Shown here piece after piece: positions 26,374-50,000 of a stretch of DNA of 64,000 nucleotides; the first letter of the stretch is position 1; each line of letters begins with the position of its first letter. Source of the stretch: the human T2T-CHM13v2.0 reference genome, Homo sapiens; the NCBI RefSeq assembly GCF_009914755.1, contig NC_060935.1; one strand, 5' to 3'. The position numbers and the translations under genes are program-made. The notes beneath the pieces are model-generated. The model was given only the letters and a program-made list of their open reading frames with translations. It was not told the origin of the DNA and did not search any database.

Positions 26374-26523
26374 TCCCAGAAATCATAACAGGGGACATGG
26401 AGTCAGCCATGGCTGTGGACCTAAATCCCTGGGTGGAATATGAATTTCGAGTGGTAGCCACCAACCCTATTGGGACAGGAGATCCAAGCACCCCATCTCG
26501 AATGATCCGCACAAATGAAGCAG
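26374..26523 (+). CDS. CNTN5: CNTN5 internal coding exon, second half of FN3 domain 1 ([50 protein letters not shown])
   Basis: Polypyrimidine acceptor ttcctttctatag|, donor GCAG|gtaaaa; 150 nt, phase 1-1. Overlaps ORF 26397..26591; L-x-P-W-x-x-Y-E-F-R-V contactin FN3 motif. Confidence 0.96.
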
Positions 26524-27769
26524 GTAAAAATTTGGAAGAGTCAGATTGGATTTGGTATGCTTCTAATCGTCTTGAAAGTGAGTTGAATTAACCATGATTG
26601 CTCCATTGCTTGCTTTAGCATAATTTGTCCTGATTCATTTACCTAAACATCATAAAATTATTTTCTTTAAAATAATTATTTCATTTTATTTGTTCTCAGA
26701 ACTTTTTCTCCCTGTTTCCACAAATACAGTCATCTAAATGCTTCAATTTTCTCCCAATCCTTGTACTCATCTTCAGGTTACCATGAAATTAAAGCAGTTC
26801 ATTTATTCTTCTAATAATATACTCATTCAATATAGCATACACTTAAGATTTAGAATAAATCGGTTCACCTTCTTTTTTTCCAGTGATACTTTACTTGAAT
26901 TACAGTGTACTTCCTTAGAACTCTTTTATGTTACCCTTCACCACAAAACCCATATAAATTACACTTTGCAAATAGTAAACATTGCCCTTCCTTGACCTAC
27001 TGCCTTCCTGAAGTCTATATGTAAAATAAATACCAATCTGCTCCTTGACTTTGAAAACATTACATTATTCTCAGCTTTTAGAAAAAGCATATCTGATAAA
27101 AGGTTTCTAATGACTGAGGAATTAACAGCTCTATTTGAATTTTAAGATATCTTGCCTATCACCTGGAAGGTGCAGAAAAATAAAGAAATAAGGAATACAG
27201 AAATTTTCTGAGTAGATTTTTATGACTTTGGACAAAGTCTCATTGAGGTCTTTTATGTCCCTCTAATGTTGTATATTAAGAAAGTATCTGGTTAGACATT
27301 TACTTAGGGGAACACAAACATGAATGTTGATAAGAACAATATGAAAACAATAGAAAGAGGAGGATCAGGGATAGGTATAGGGAGGAAGAAATAACAAATG
27401 CTAATGTTTTTATGCTCAATGATAATATATGAGTCTCAAATAAAAGTGCACTGAAAATGAAGGTTTGTCATATATGTTCACTGCCCTATACTGAAACCTA
27501 GAACAGTGTTTGGTACTGGTACTCAGCATGTCATATTTTTAAAGGGAACAATTTTTTCCTTTATGTCCCCCTACACACACCAGTACATAGGTCAGATACA
27601 CATATACATACAAGACTAAGAATTAACTGTGTCCATTGTGTATTATAGTTATAGAACTGAACCAAAAATATGACTTTTGACCTCTAACAAATTAAACAAA
27701 GCTTATAATCATTAAAATAAACTCTCAAAACAGTTGACTTTTTCTCTAAAACATATTATGGCCCTCTCA

Positions 27770-27831
27770 GAAGGAAGGAAGGAAGGAAGGAGAATGGAGG
27801 AAGGGAGGGAGGGAAAAGAAAGAAAAAAAAA
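27770..27831. repeat. (GGAA)n / GA-rich low-complexity tract
   Basis: Seen directly. Confidence 0.9.
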
Positions 27832-27834
27832 TCC

Positions 27835-30288
27835 CAAGATGGCCCACTAGACTCAAGACAAATGGAACAGCTCCTACTGAGGGACCCAGAGGACTAGAGT
27901 GCTCCTAACAGATCTTCACAGGGAAGGCACTGAGAGTGGACAGAGGGAAAACACAGAGGTTGGGCTGATTGGGGGAAAACGTTGGGACCCCTACGCGGGG
28001 CTACAGCACACCCGGATTTATTTCTGGCCCCCAACAGCTCTGGGGGAATTGGTGAGTTGAACTGGCAAGGAGCAACCCACTCTTGCCACAGGCCTCTGGA
28101 ACCCCAGCAGAAGGAGACCCCCTAGACCACCACGGACTCTGGACTTGGCAGGGAGAGCTGCATACAGAAGTGGTAGGAGCTGCAAGCCAGCTGATGTGGA
28201 GCCCAGAGGGTTTGGTGCAAGAGCATCTGTAGTGAAGCATGGTCAGGGATGGCCATCCCCCTAGGTTCGATTTGCTCCATAGGAGACTTTAGCCCTAGGG
28301 GAACTTTCTGTCTGTCCTGAACTCTGTAAGGCAGTTTTGCCCATCAGATGGGGCCAGTCCCACCTAAGCAACACCTTAGTCTGCTGGCCTCTCCCCGAGC
28401 CTCAGTATGGCCACACCTGCTTGCAGGGCGCCCTCGGGAGCCTTGAGAGGCCTCACAATAGCTTCTCCTCTGGCAGACCCTGACTGAAAGGCAGAGAGCT
28501 TAAGCAGGGCGGCTCCTATGGCCACTCACCAGCCTGCACAGTCTTTCCCCACACTGCAGCCGCAGCGTCCCCGACATCCCTCCATGGGACAACTCCCACA
28601 TGAGTTTGCTGGGCGTGTCTGCTTAGGGGTAGGGGTGGGGATTTGGGTTTGCTTTCCTTGCCCTGACAGCGCCTGGTAGTACAGTCTGCTCCCCTTCCCC
28701 TGCCAACCACCGTTGCAGACAGAGTCTTAGTGGGTACAGAGCCAGCAAGCCCTGTCCCAACAAGTACCCCACCCTTGCTTTAAGAATGCGCAGATGACAG
28801 CGGATCCTCCCCCACCTTGAGTGACCCCTCCAGCTTGCAGAGCAGAGAAGGCACCCAGACCTGCACCTGTCAGTGCCCTGCCCCCAGCCAACACCACCTC
28901 CAGTGCAAGCAGGCACACAGTTGTCATCAGGCACCCGCTACCACCACCATCGCTCCAGGCCCAACCTCAACTGCATTGCCTCCGCCACTGTGGTGAATGT
29001 CCCCAGGGAGACAGGCACCCAGGAACCCGCTAGCACTCAAAAATAGAAAGATTCAATATCATTAAAATGAACATACTGCCCAAAGCAATTTATAGAGTTC
29101 ATGGTATTTCTATTAAACTACCATTGACATTCTTCACTGAACTACTAAAACTATTTTAAAATTCATATGAACCAAAAAAGAGTCAAAATAGAGAAGGCAA
29201 TGCTAAGCAAAAAGAAGAAAGCTGGAGGCAACATGTTACCCAACTTCAAACTATACTACAGCGCTACAGTAACCAAAACAGCATGGTACTGGTACTAAAA
29301 CAGACATACAGATGAGCGGAACAGAATAGAGAGTGCAGAAATATGAACTAACTCCTACAACCATCTGATTTTCGACAAATCTGACAAAAACAAGCACTGG
29401 GGAAAGGATACCCTATTCAATAAATGGTGCTGAGATAACTGGCTAGCCATATGCAGAAGATTGAAACTGGACCACTTCCTTTCACTGTATACAAAAATTA
29501 ACTCAAGATGGATTAAAGACTTAAATGTAAGATACAAAACTATCAAAATGCTAGAAAACAACCTAGGTAATACTGTTCTGGTCATAGGAACAGGCAAAGA
29601 TTTCATGATGAAGATGACAAAAGCAATTACAACAAAAACAAAAATTGACAAATGGGTTCTAATTAAACTTAAGAGCTTCTGCACAGTGAAAGAAACTGTC
29701 AACAGAGTAAACAGATAACCCACAGAATATGATAAAATTTTTGCAAACTCTATATCTGATAAAGGTCTAATATCCAGCATCTATAAGGAACTTAAACAAA
29801 TTTACAAGAAAAAAACAAACAGCCCCATTAAAAAGTGAGCAAAGGACATGTGTAGACACTTTTCAAAAGAAGACATACACGTGGCCAACAATCATGTGAG
29901 AAAAAGCTCAACATCACTGATCCTCAGAGAAATACAAAATGCAATAACATTAAAACCGCAAATGAGATACCATCTCATGCCTGTCACAATGGCTATTACT
30001 AAAAAGTCAAAAAATAACAGATGCTGGCAAGGTTGCAGAGAAAAAAGAACACTTATACACTGTTGGTGGGAGTATAAATTAGGTCAACCATTGTGGAAGA
30101 AAGTGTGACGACAACTCAAAGACCTAAAAACAGAAAAAACATTCGACCCGATACTCCCATTACTGGGTATGTGCTCAAAGGCTTAATACCTGGGTGATGA
30201 AATAATCTGTACAACAAACCCCCATGTCACAAGTTTACCTATGTAACAAACCTGCACATGTACCCGTGAACTTAAAAGTTTAATTGCC
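27835..30288 (+). mobile_element. Internally deleted L1 (L1PA13-15-like) with both termini
   Basis: caagatggcc 5' start and GC-rich 5'UTR to ~29037, then a jump to late ORF2 (29040-30180), then a jump to the terminal 3'UTR (gcttaatacctgggtgatgaaataatctgtacaacaaacccc). Candidate TSD aaaaaaatcc at 27825-27834 and 30289-30298. Confidence 0.85.
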
Positions 30289-31539
30289 AAAAAAATCCAC
30301 ATGATCAAATTATCACATTAAAAGTAAATAACAATACAAAAGATGTTCAGTTTTTTTCCATATAAAAATTAAACAACCAAAAAAAAAAGGTAAAATGGCT
30401 TAAATATGTTGGAAAAGGTTCATCCACAGAAAATCCAACTTCTCCACTTTTGTGATTTGCCTATTATAAGTTGTTTTTTTCTGCTACCTTTTCAATAGCA
30501 TGAATTTTAAATTAAACATTAATTGCCTGGTTAGATTTTCATGCATCCATAAAACCAGCCATGCTTTCATTGTGTACAGGTGTTCATTAATTAAGAGCAT
30601 AACAGGTTAGTTGTTCTTCATTTTATGTACTCACTGTGCAGCTACTGAAATGACTGCCAATAGTAGTACTTATGCTCACATATTTTCTAAAAAGCGCTGC
30701 CTTACTTTGCATATTGTTAATTGTGTTTAAACAAAGGCAAAGATTACTGACTAATTCAGAGGCTCTCTATAAATATTCATTTCAAAAATAAATAATCCAT
30801 TTGGGATGAATAATCCTTTTCAACTTTTTATGGTATGAATCTCCTTGTGCTATTAAAAAGCATTTTAGCAAGATCACTTTTACATTTCAAGCTAAAGTGT
30901 ATTCAGATTGTGCATTTTAAAAGAATTTCTATTTCTGCAGCTACCTCAATCATGTATTGCCTGTCTCTATTTTATCATGAGTTCTATATACATGACATAC
31001 TTTAGTCCATTAAAATCTTATGGAAGAGAAGTAGCATGAAAAATGCACGAAGTACTCTCCTTTGAAAGTGAGTTGAGGAAGGTTTGTATTGCATCCTTTA
31101 TGCTTCCTGTACTGTGGTACTACATAGGGTTAGAGCTACTAATGGTGTTGAGCCAAGTGTTGAGTTATGTGCCTGTTTTGTCAGGCAGCACAGATTTAAA
31201 GAGACACCAATGTCTGGAGACATCCTCTCAAATGATGCACTCTGCCTCTATTAAGTACATATCCAGTATTTTAAAAGATAATGCTGCTCTAAAGAGCCAA
31301 CTAAACTTTGAAAATAGAGCTGCTTGGGAGAAAAAAGGTCTCACATTAGGGATGTTGAATTGAAAGTGGTATGCCTCTTTAAGGTTCACTTATTTAATAG
31401 AATATTCTAAATTCCAAAGCAGTGCAGTGAACTATTCTGTCATAGAATTGCCCCTTTTCTGCATGCCAAAAAACAGAATTTTTCTTTACAATTTTTCTGA
31501 AGAGTATATTTTGAATTTTCCGGTCATCAAGAAATACTC

Positions 31540-31837
31540 GGTCAGGCACGGTGGCTCATGCCTATAATCTCAGCACTTTGGGACGCTGAAGCATAGGTAT
31601 CATCTGAGCCCAGGAATTCAAGACCAGCCTGGCCAACATGGCAAAAACCATCTCTGCTAAACATATAAAAATCAGCCAGGCATGGTGGCACACACCTGTA
31701 ATTTTAGCTATTCAGATGACTGAGGCATGAGAACCCGGGAGGCAGAGGTTGCACTGAGCAGACATTGCACCACTGCACTCCAGCCTGGGTGACAGAGTGA
31801 GACTCTCTCAAAAAAAAAAAAAAAAAAAAAAAAAGGA
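31540..31837 (+). mobile_element. Alu (AluJ/old S-like)
   Basis: Dimer with A25 tail; TSD aagaaatactc / aagaaacactc (31529-31539, 31838-31848). Confidence 0.93.
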
Positions 31838-31947
31838 AAGAAACACTCTTGATAGTCAGCAAAGCTAAGATAAATTGGTTCAGTCCAATTTCTTAGTATT
31901 AGGATGTCAAAATCATAATACAAATATATATTTTTATGCACACATTT

Positions 31948-39622
<7,675 letters not shown>

Positions 39623-40184
39623 CCTATATTTAAGCTATATTTTCTTACAAGTTTTAGTTAGAGATTAGATAGATTGATAAATAAAGATAGACAGCCCTGT
39701 GTTTAATTTTTGAAATCTGTTAATATCATCAAACCAATATATAAATTTGGGATAGCATAATGTAAATACTTTCTCTATTATTTAAAAAGATGACACTCAG
39801 GACAAAAAAAATCACATTTGGGGAAATGAATCTGAAATACACACTGTGGGTGAAATGGAAAAATACATAAAGTAAATACAGCATTGTCAATTTTGTCATT
39901 TAATTGAATTTTAATATTCTATACGTTACATGTTCTTAATACGGTTGAAAAATAAATGAAAGGGAGAAAAGATATAGTTAACTACGTAACTTGTCATTCA
40001 GAAAGGTCTGATCTTCTCTGTAGTATAAAATTTCAATTATCTTCAAAGCTACTGGTATAAATCTCAATATTTGCAGTTTATTTCAAATTTTAATGAATTA
40101 TATATACACACATGAATAAATATACATATATGCTTATGTGTGTATGTATCTTTTAAAGAAAAAGAAATTGCACCTATAATGAAA

Positions 40185-40400
40185 GGTTGGAGTTTCAACC
40201 TGGATTAACGTTCTACTGTGCCACTTAATAGCAGGGTGGACATAGGCAGGAAGTATGTCATTTAAGGCTTGAATTTCTCACTCATAAAATGGGGATACCA
40301 CAACCTACTCCTTTTGACCATTCTATTAAATAAGATTTTTTAAATGCATGTAAAGAGCTTAGCATAGTGCCTGGCACATGATAAATGCTCAATATTATTG
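40185..40400 (+). mobile_element. MIR
   Basis: tttctcactcataaaatgggga...tgtaaagagcttagcatagtgcctggcacatgataaatgctcaata. Confidence 0.75.
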
Positions 40401-41028
40401 GAAGATATTTTATTGTATCACCTCCATCATTAATTTAAATGAGTTATTACTTTATTAAATGGAAATTTACAAACTAGTAATCATGAAAAAGTATATTTTT
40501 TCATATTGAGAAAACATTTTCAGAGTTAAACACGTTTGTTGATACAGTAAGAACCCTACGGTCTCTTGACTTGCAGCTCTGCAGTCAACTTCCCAAGATA
40601 CCCTCACTGTGAGAAGTCTCCACTGCAGACAGCCAGCGTTCCATCATGCCCTATCATCCAGCCCACTAGAACAACAGGAGAGTCAAGAGAATGTTTTAGC
40701 ACATGGCACACTCCACAGAGCATGCATGCCTTCTAAATCATCCTTGCAAACCCGTGGCTGGCCTTCCCATGATGCCTTTTCATCTTATCTAATTAGTACT
40801 ATTTCTCAATATGTAGCCATTTTCTTTGGTTCTTGTAGCACAGACAAGGCGAAAGGAGTAGAGGAAAAGAAGTGTTGAATGAAAGACTATGCTAACACAT
40901 TTTTCCACACATTCAAATGTCTTTGCTTTCTAGTTATTTTTTTCCTACACTGTATTCCGTCCCTTCATTCTCTTCTGACTCAAATGGAAAATTATACACA
41001 TATTTCTGGCCACAAAAGGAAAAATACT

Positions 41029-41930
41029 GAGGAGCCAAGATGGCCGAATAGGAACAGCTCCGGTCTACAGCTCCCAGCGTGAGCGACGCAGAAGACGGGT
41101 GATTTCTGCATTTCCATCTGAGGTACCGGGTTCATCTCACTAGGGAGTGCCAGACAGTGGGCGCAGGTCAGTGGGTGCGCGCACCGTGCGCGAGCCGAAG
41201 CAGGGCGAGGCGTTGCCTCACTTGGGAAGCGCAAGGGGTCAGGGAGCTCCCTTTCCGAGTCAAAGAAAGGGGTGACAGACGCACCTGGAAAATCGGGTCA
41301 CTCCCACCCTAATACTGCGCTTTTCCGATAGGCTTAAAAAACGGCCCAACACGAGATTATATCCCGCACCTGGCTGGGAGGGTCCTACGCCCACGGAGTC
41401 TCGCTGATTGCTAGCACAGCAGTCTGAGATCAAACTGCAAGGTGGCAGCCAGGCTGGGGGAGGGGCGCCCGCCATTGCCCAGGCTTGCTTAGGTAAACAA
41501 AGCAGCAGGGAAGCTCCAACTGGGTGGAGCCCACCACAGCTCAAGGAGGCCAGCCTGCCTCTGTAGGCTCCACCTCTGGGGGCAGGGCACAGACAAACAA
41601 AAAGACAGCAGGAACCTCTGCAGACTTAAATGTCCCTGTCTGACAGCTTTGAAGAGAGCAGTGGTTCTCCCAGCACGCAGCTGGAGATCTGAGAACGGGC
41701 AGACTGCCTCCTCAAGTGGGTCCCTGACCCCTGACCCCCAAGCAGCCTAACTGGGAGGCACCCCCCAGCAGGGGCACACTGACACCTCACACGGCAGGGT
41801 ATTCCAACAGACCTGCAGCTGAGGGTCCTGTCTGTTAGAAGGAAAACTAACAAACAGAAAGGACATCCACACCAAAAACCCATCTGTACATCACCATCAT
41901 CAAAGACCAAAAGTAGATAAAACCACAAAG
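41029..41930 (+). promoter_or_regulatory. L1 5'UTR internal sense promoter and antisense promoter; intact YY1 site (caagatggcc, 41036-41045)
   Basis: Sequence matches the young L1 5'UTR with many CpGs retained in 41040-41480. Promoter role is from established L1 biology, not measured here. Confidence 0.75.
41260..41475 (-). CDS. L1 ORF0, intact 71 aa (MAGAPPPAWLPPCSLISDCCASNQRDSVGVGPSQPGAGYNLVLGRFLSLSEKRSIRVGVTRFSRCVCHPFL)
   Basis: C-terminal 71 aa of track ORF 41260..41544; ATG at 41475-41473; matches primate L1 ORF0 in position, length and sequence. Expression from this copy is unknown. Confidence 0.8.
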   Translation of the reverse strand: MAGAPPPAWLPPCSLISDCCASNQRDSVGVGPSQPGAGYNLVLGRFLSLSEKRSIRVGVTRFSRCVCHPFL

Positions 41931-42948
41931 ATGGGGAAAAAACACAACAGAAAAACTGGAAACTCTAAAAAGCAGAGTGCCTCTCCTCCTCCAAAGGAAC
42001 GCAGTTCCTCACCAGCAACGGAACAAAGCTGGATGGAGAATGACTTTGATGAGCTGAGAGAAGAAGGCTTCAGATGATCAAATTACTCTGAGCTACGGGA
42101 GGACATTCAAACCAAAGGCAAGGAAGTTGAAAACTTTGAAAAAAATTTAGAAGAATGTATAACTAGAATAACCAATACAGAGAAGTGCTTAAAGGAGCTG
42201 ATGGAGCTGAAAACCAAAGCTCGAGAACTACGTGAAGAATGCAGAAGCCTCAGGAGCCGATGTGATCAACTGGAAGAAAGGGTATCAGCAATGGAAGATG
42301 AAATGAATGAAATGAAGCGAGAAGGGAAGTTTAGAGAAAAAAGAATAAAAAGAAATGAGCAAAGCCTCCAAGAAAATATGGGACTATGTGAAAAGACCAA
42401 ATCTACGTCTGATTGGTGTACCTGAAAGTGTTGGGGAGAATGGAACCAAGTTGGAAAACACTCTGCAGAATATTATCCAGGAGAACTTCCCCAATCTAGC
42501 AAGGCAGGCCAACATTCAAATTCAGGAAATACAGAGAATGCCATAAAGATACTCCTCGAGAAGAGCAACTCCAAGACACATAATTGTCAGATTCACCAAA
42601 GTTGAAATGAAGGAAAAAATGTTAAGGGCAGCCAGAGAGAAAGGTCGGGTTACCCTCAAAGGGAAGCCCATCAGACTAACAGCGGATCTCTCGGCAGAAA
42701 CCCTACAAGCCAGAAGAGAGTGGGGGCCAATATTCAACATTCTTAAAGGAAAGAATTTTCAACCCAGAATTTCATATCCAGCCAAACTAAGCTTCATAAG
42801 TGAAGGAGAAATAAAATACTTTACAGACAAGCAAATGCTGAGAGATTTTGTCACCACCAGGCCTGCCCTAAAAGAGCTCCTGAAGGAAGCACTAAACATG
42901 GAAAGGAACAACCGGTACCAGCCGCTGCAAAATCATGCCAAAATGTAA
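41931..42948 (+). pseudogene. Disrupted L1 ORF1p
   Basis: TGA at codon 49 (42075-42077), +1 frameshift near 42372, TAA at 42544-42546. Confidence 0.9.
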
Positions 42949-43011
42949 AGACCTTCGAGACTAGGAAGAAACTGCATCAACTAATGAGCAAAATAACCAG
43001 CTAACATCATA

Positions 43012-46835
<3,824 letters not shown>

Positions 46836-47029
46836 ACAATGAGATCACATGGACACAGGAAGGGGAATATCACACTCTGGGGACTGTGGTGGGGAAGGGG
46901 GAGGGATAGCATTGGGAGATATACCTAATGCTAGATGACGAGTTAGTGGGTGCAGCGCACCAGCATGGCACATGTATACATATGTAACTAACCTGCACAA
47001 TGTGCACATGTACCCTAAAACGTAAAGTA

Positions 47030-47035
47030 TAATAA

Positions 47036-47070
<35 letters not shown>

Positions 47071-47096
47071 AAAATATAAATAAATAAAAAATTAAA
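47030..47096 (+). repeat. (AAAT)n microsatellite derived from the L1 poly(A) tail
   Basis: Seen directly. Confidence 0.93.
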
Positions 47097-50000
47097 AAAA
47101 GGAAAAATATTTTTTCTACATTTGAAAACTCAAACGCCAATAAATAGCTGTAGAGGTTAAAACAAACAAACAAACAACAACAAAAAAAAGGTTTTTTCTT
47201 CTCCCGCCATTGCTCTCCACTATGCTCAATGTGATCCCAAACCTCAGCCTCAAATAAATCCTAAGCACTTTTACGTACTAGAGCAGTCGCATTTTCAGGT
47301 ATTTAAAAATTCCAGTTTAATTTAATTAAAAAAATTTAATCTCACATCTAATTCCATGGTCTCTCATTCCTTCCCAGCACAGACCTGACCCAACAGCTAT
47401 GATCTGTCTTTTCTTTCTTCTTTCCACTTTATTTTGTACTTTCCAGCGGTGCTCTGGTACTTTCCAGGTCAGACAAGAAGGAGAAAAGCTTCCACTTAGA
47501 TGGTACAATTTGTGGTTCTCACATGGGTGTTAAATGTTCAACATGATGGCGTTTATCCACATACTGCTGCTTTCTCTCATGGGGTGCATTGAGTTCTTTG
47601 AAGACATCTTGCCCCCTAGCAGGCAGCCTTATTGGGTGTGATCCTAACAACCCTATTCAAACCTATCTTCATGACCACTTGGTTCACAGTAACCATTTCA
47701 CATTCCTGGGCTGCCAAAATCTAGAATTATAGGATATTCTCAGGAACTATTATTTATTGTTCTTCATTTGAAGTTTCCTCAAGTAGCTCAGTATGAAATT
47801 GAGGTATTCTAGAAAACTCCGAAACTCAGTACAAGGTGTGATAGGTAAGCATCTGAACTTCTCTATAGTGGTTGTCTTGCTCCTGTCCTTATTTACCTTG
47901 ATGAAGAAATAATATCCCCACTTCTCTATTGACAGCTGGGGTTGGAGGGAGATGCCATAGCAAATCCATCTTCTAAACTGACAACCTTGTTTTAAGACAG
48001 CATTACTTGTGCATGTATGTATATGAGTTGGAGGCAGGCAATGAGAAAGAGTCATAAAATTGGTTTCCCTAATTCGTAGCGAGACTAGTTTTCTTCAGCC
48101 ACTCTCAATTCAGCATCTGAGATTACATGTGACTCATTCCAAGTTCAGAAAACAGTCGTTTAATGTCCTCTTACAATTTCTTAAGTTGTACATTACCTTC
48201 TGACACCTACAAAGGATCCTGCTCTGTTGACATTTGTATTTTCACAGTTCTTGTCCATGATGGTGACTTAGAAAATTCCCTTGAGTTCAAAAATTATGGA
48301 AGAGACACAATGGAATATTATTATAAGATGGGCTGGATTAGTTTTATCTGGGGGTATGTGAATAGGCTTTGTATATATTTCTTCTTGCCTTTTCTTTCTC
48401 CCCTTTTTAGCAACAAATCTTATACAAAGATTATTTTACCTATTCTTTGCATTTAGTTCATTGTGGATCCATATAAACAAAGGGAATATGAGTTGAGATA
48501 AATACCATTCATTTTGTACACTCACCTCCTATCTTCTTGACTATTGCCACTTACAAGGAGGTTTATAAATCAGAAAATTCTTACATTTCCTGAAATATCC
48601 TAGCAATCTCTTTCAGAAATTCAAATAGGTATTTTGCCTAGATTTCCAGATTGAAACAAACTATGGCAAAACTGAAAGCATAATTCCTTTGGTACTACCA
48701 AAACAATATTATTGGAATATCCAAGAAGGATATTCTGTTTCAAGATTGCGTGTGTATAGACTCACGATGAACTTTCAGCACTTCTCATAGAAGACTTCAC
48801 CACTTTCTCTTTTTCGAATCTAAACAGAAAATAATATTAAGTAATATTTATTGATTATAATTCCGGGTACTGTGATGAATAATCATGAAAATAACCTTAA
48901 GAAACAGGTATAATTAGTATCTCCATGAGACAATGGAAATACACGTTAAAAAATATTTTCAGCCAAGCAATTAGAGGGGTAGAACTAGGATTCAAACCCA
49001 GATCTTTCTTACTCCCACTTCTCACTCCCACAAGAAAACCTTTACCGTTTGTACATACCACTTTATCTACCCTAATAAGAATAAAAGCATTATGTAAACT
49101 CTTAAGGAAATAACACTGGTTTTTCTGGGCGGGTTGGGGGATGGTGGGCAAGGGGAACTCCTTCAATTTAACTCTTTCTGTAAACTAAGCCTGAGTTAGA
49201 ATCAATTAATTGAAATTTTCCTGTGCTACATACTTCAATTTGAGTAGAAAAAAAAATTATTTTTTAAATGTTCCTCTTGACTTCTACCTTTGCTATATAA
49301 ACTCCCTCCCTTCCCTCTTTTCATTCTTCAGCACCTTTCTTTCCAAACCAATTGCCAGATAACCATTAAGCTCCAAAATTGTATGGCCTGTCCCAGGTCT
49401 CGAAAAGAGCTGTATTTTTTAATGAGTGGGGTAAGCGCTTACTGTAATATAAATTGGAAATTTTTCAGGTAAAAAAAGATTGGTAAATGATTTCATTACA
49501 TTTTATTTTAGTTAAACGCTAATTAAAGCATATTATTAGTGTGACTCACTTTGTTCAACCTACTGAGAAGTCCTTTGATATTCTGCCGTGGCTAAACTAA
49601 GGTAGTACACTATATTTTTTTCATTCTGTGTTTACAAGAATGCTTTCAATGTTTAAGAGGAAAAGAGACATGAGTTTATATTTCAACATGCCAGGTAAGA
49701 CTTAAAACAGCTAGGCATTTGTAGCTTGTGGATAAAGTATCAATTACATTATCCACTAATGGATGAGCTTTGCTCAGAAAGAAATTCAGAAGAATCAGAC
49801 TTAAACCTGCTAACCATATGTATAAACTTGATTCTCTAAGCTAATATGCTCAAGACATTTATCAGTAGTTGACTGAGGAAGAAGAGTCTAGCTGCTTAAT
49901 CCTGGATTCAAATTTTATTAATTATATTTAAAATATATTTTGTTTTAAAGTAAATATGTATTTCTCTGGACTCAGCAAAAGCATTTATTAGATATTTGAT

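Noticed and set aside
26524-26591. Read-through tail [22 protein letters not shown] as an alternative C-terminus
   Set aside because: Ordinary chance extension into the intron; no adjacent canonical poly(A) signal or notable peptide feature.
28001-29033. GC-rich island with several overlapping ORFs, suggesting a gene promoter or first exon
   Set aside because: It starts with the L1 caagatggc motif and joins L1 ORF2, so it is an old L1 5'UTR.
47607-47625. CTCF-like motif (cctgctagggggca on the minus strand)
   Set aside because: Mismatch at a strongly conserved core C; cannot be supported without ChIP data.
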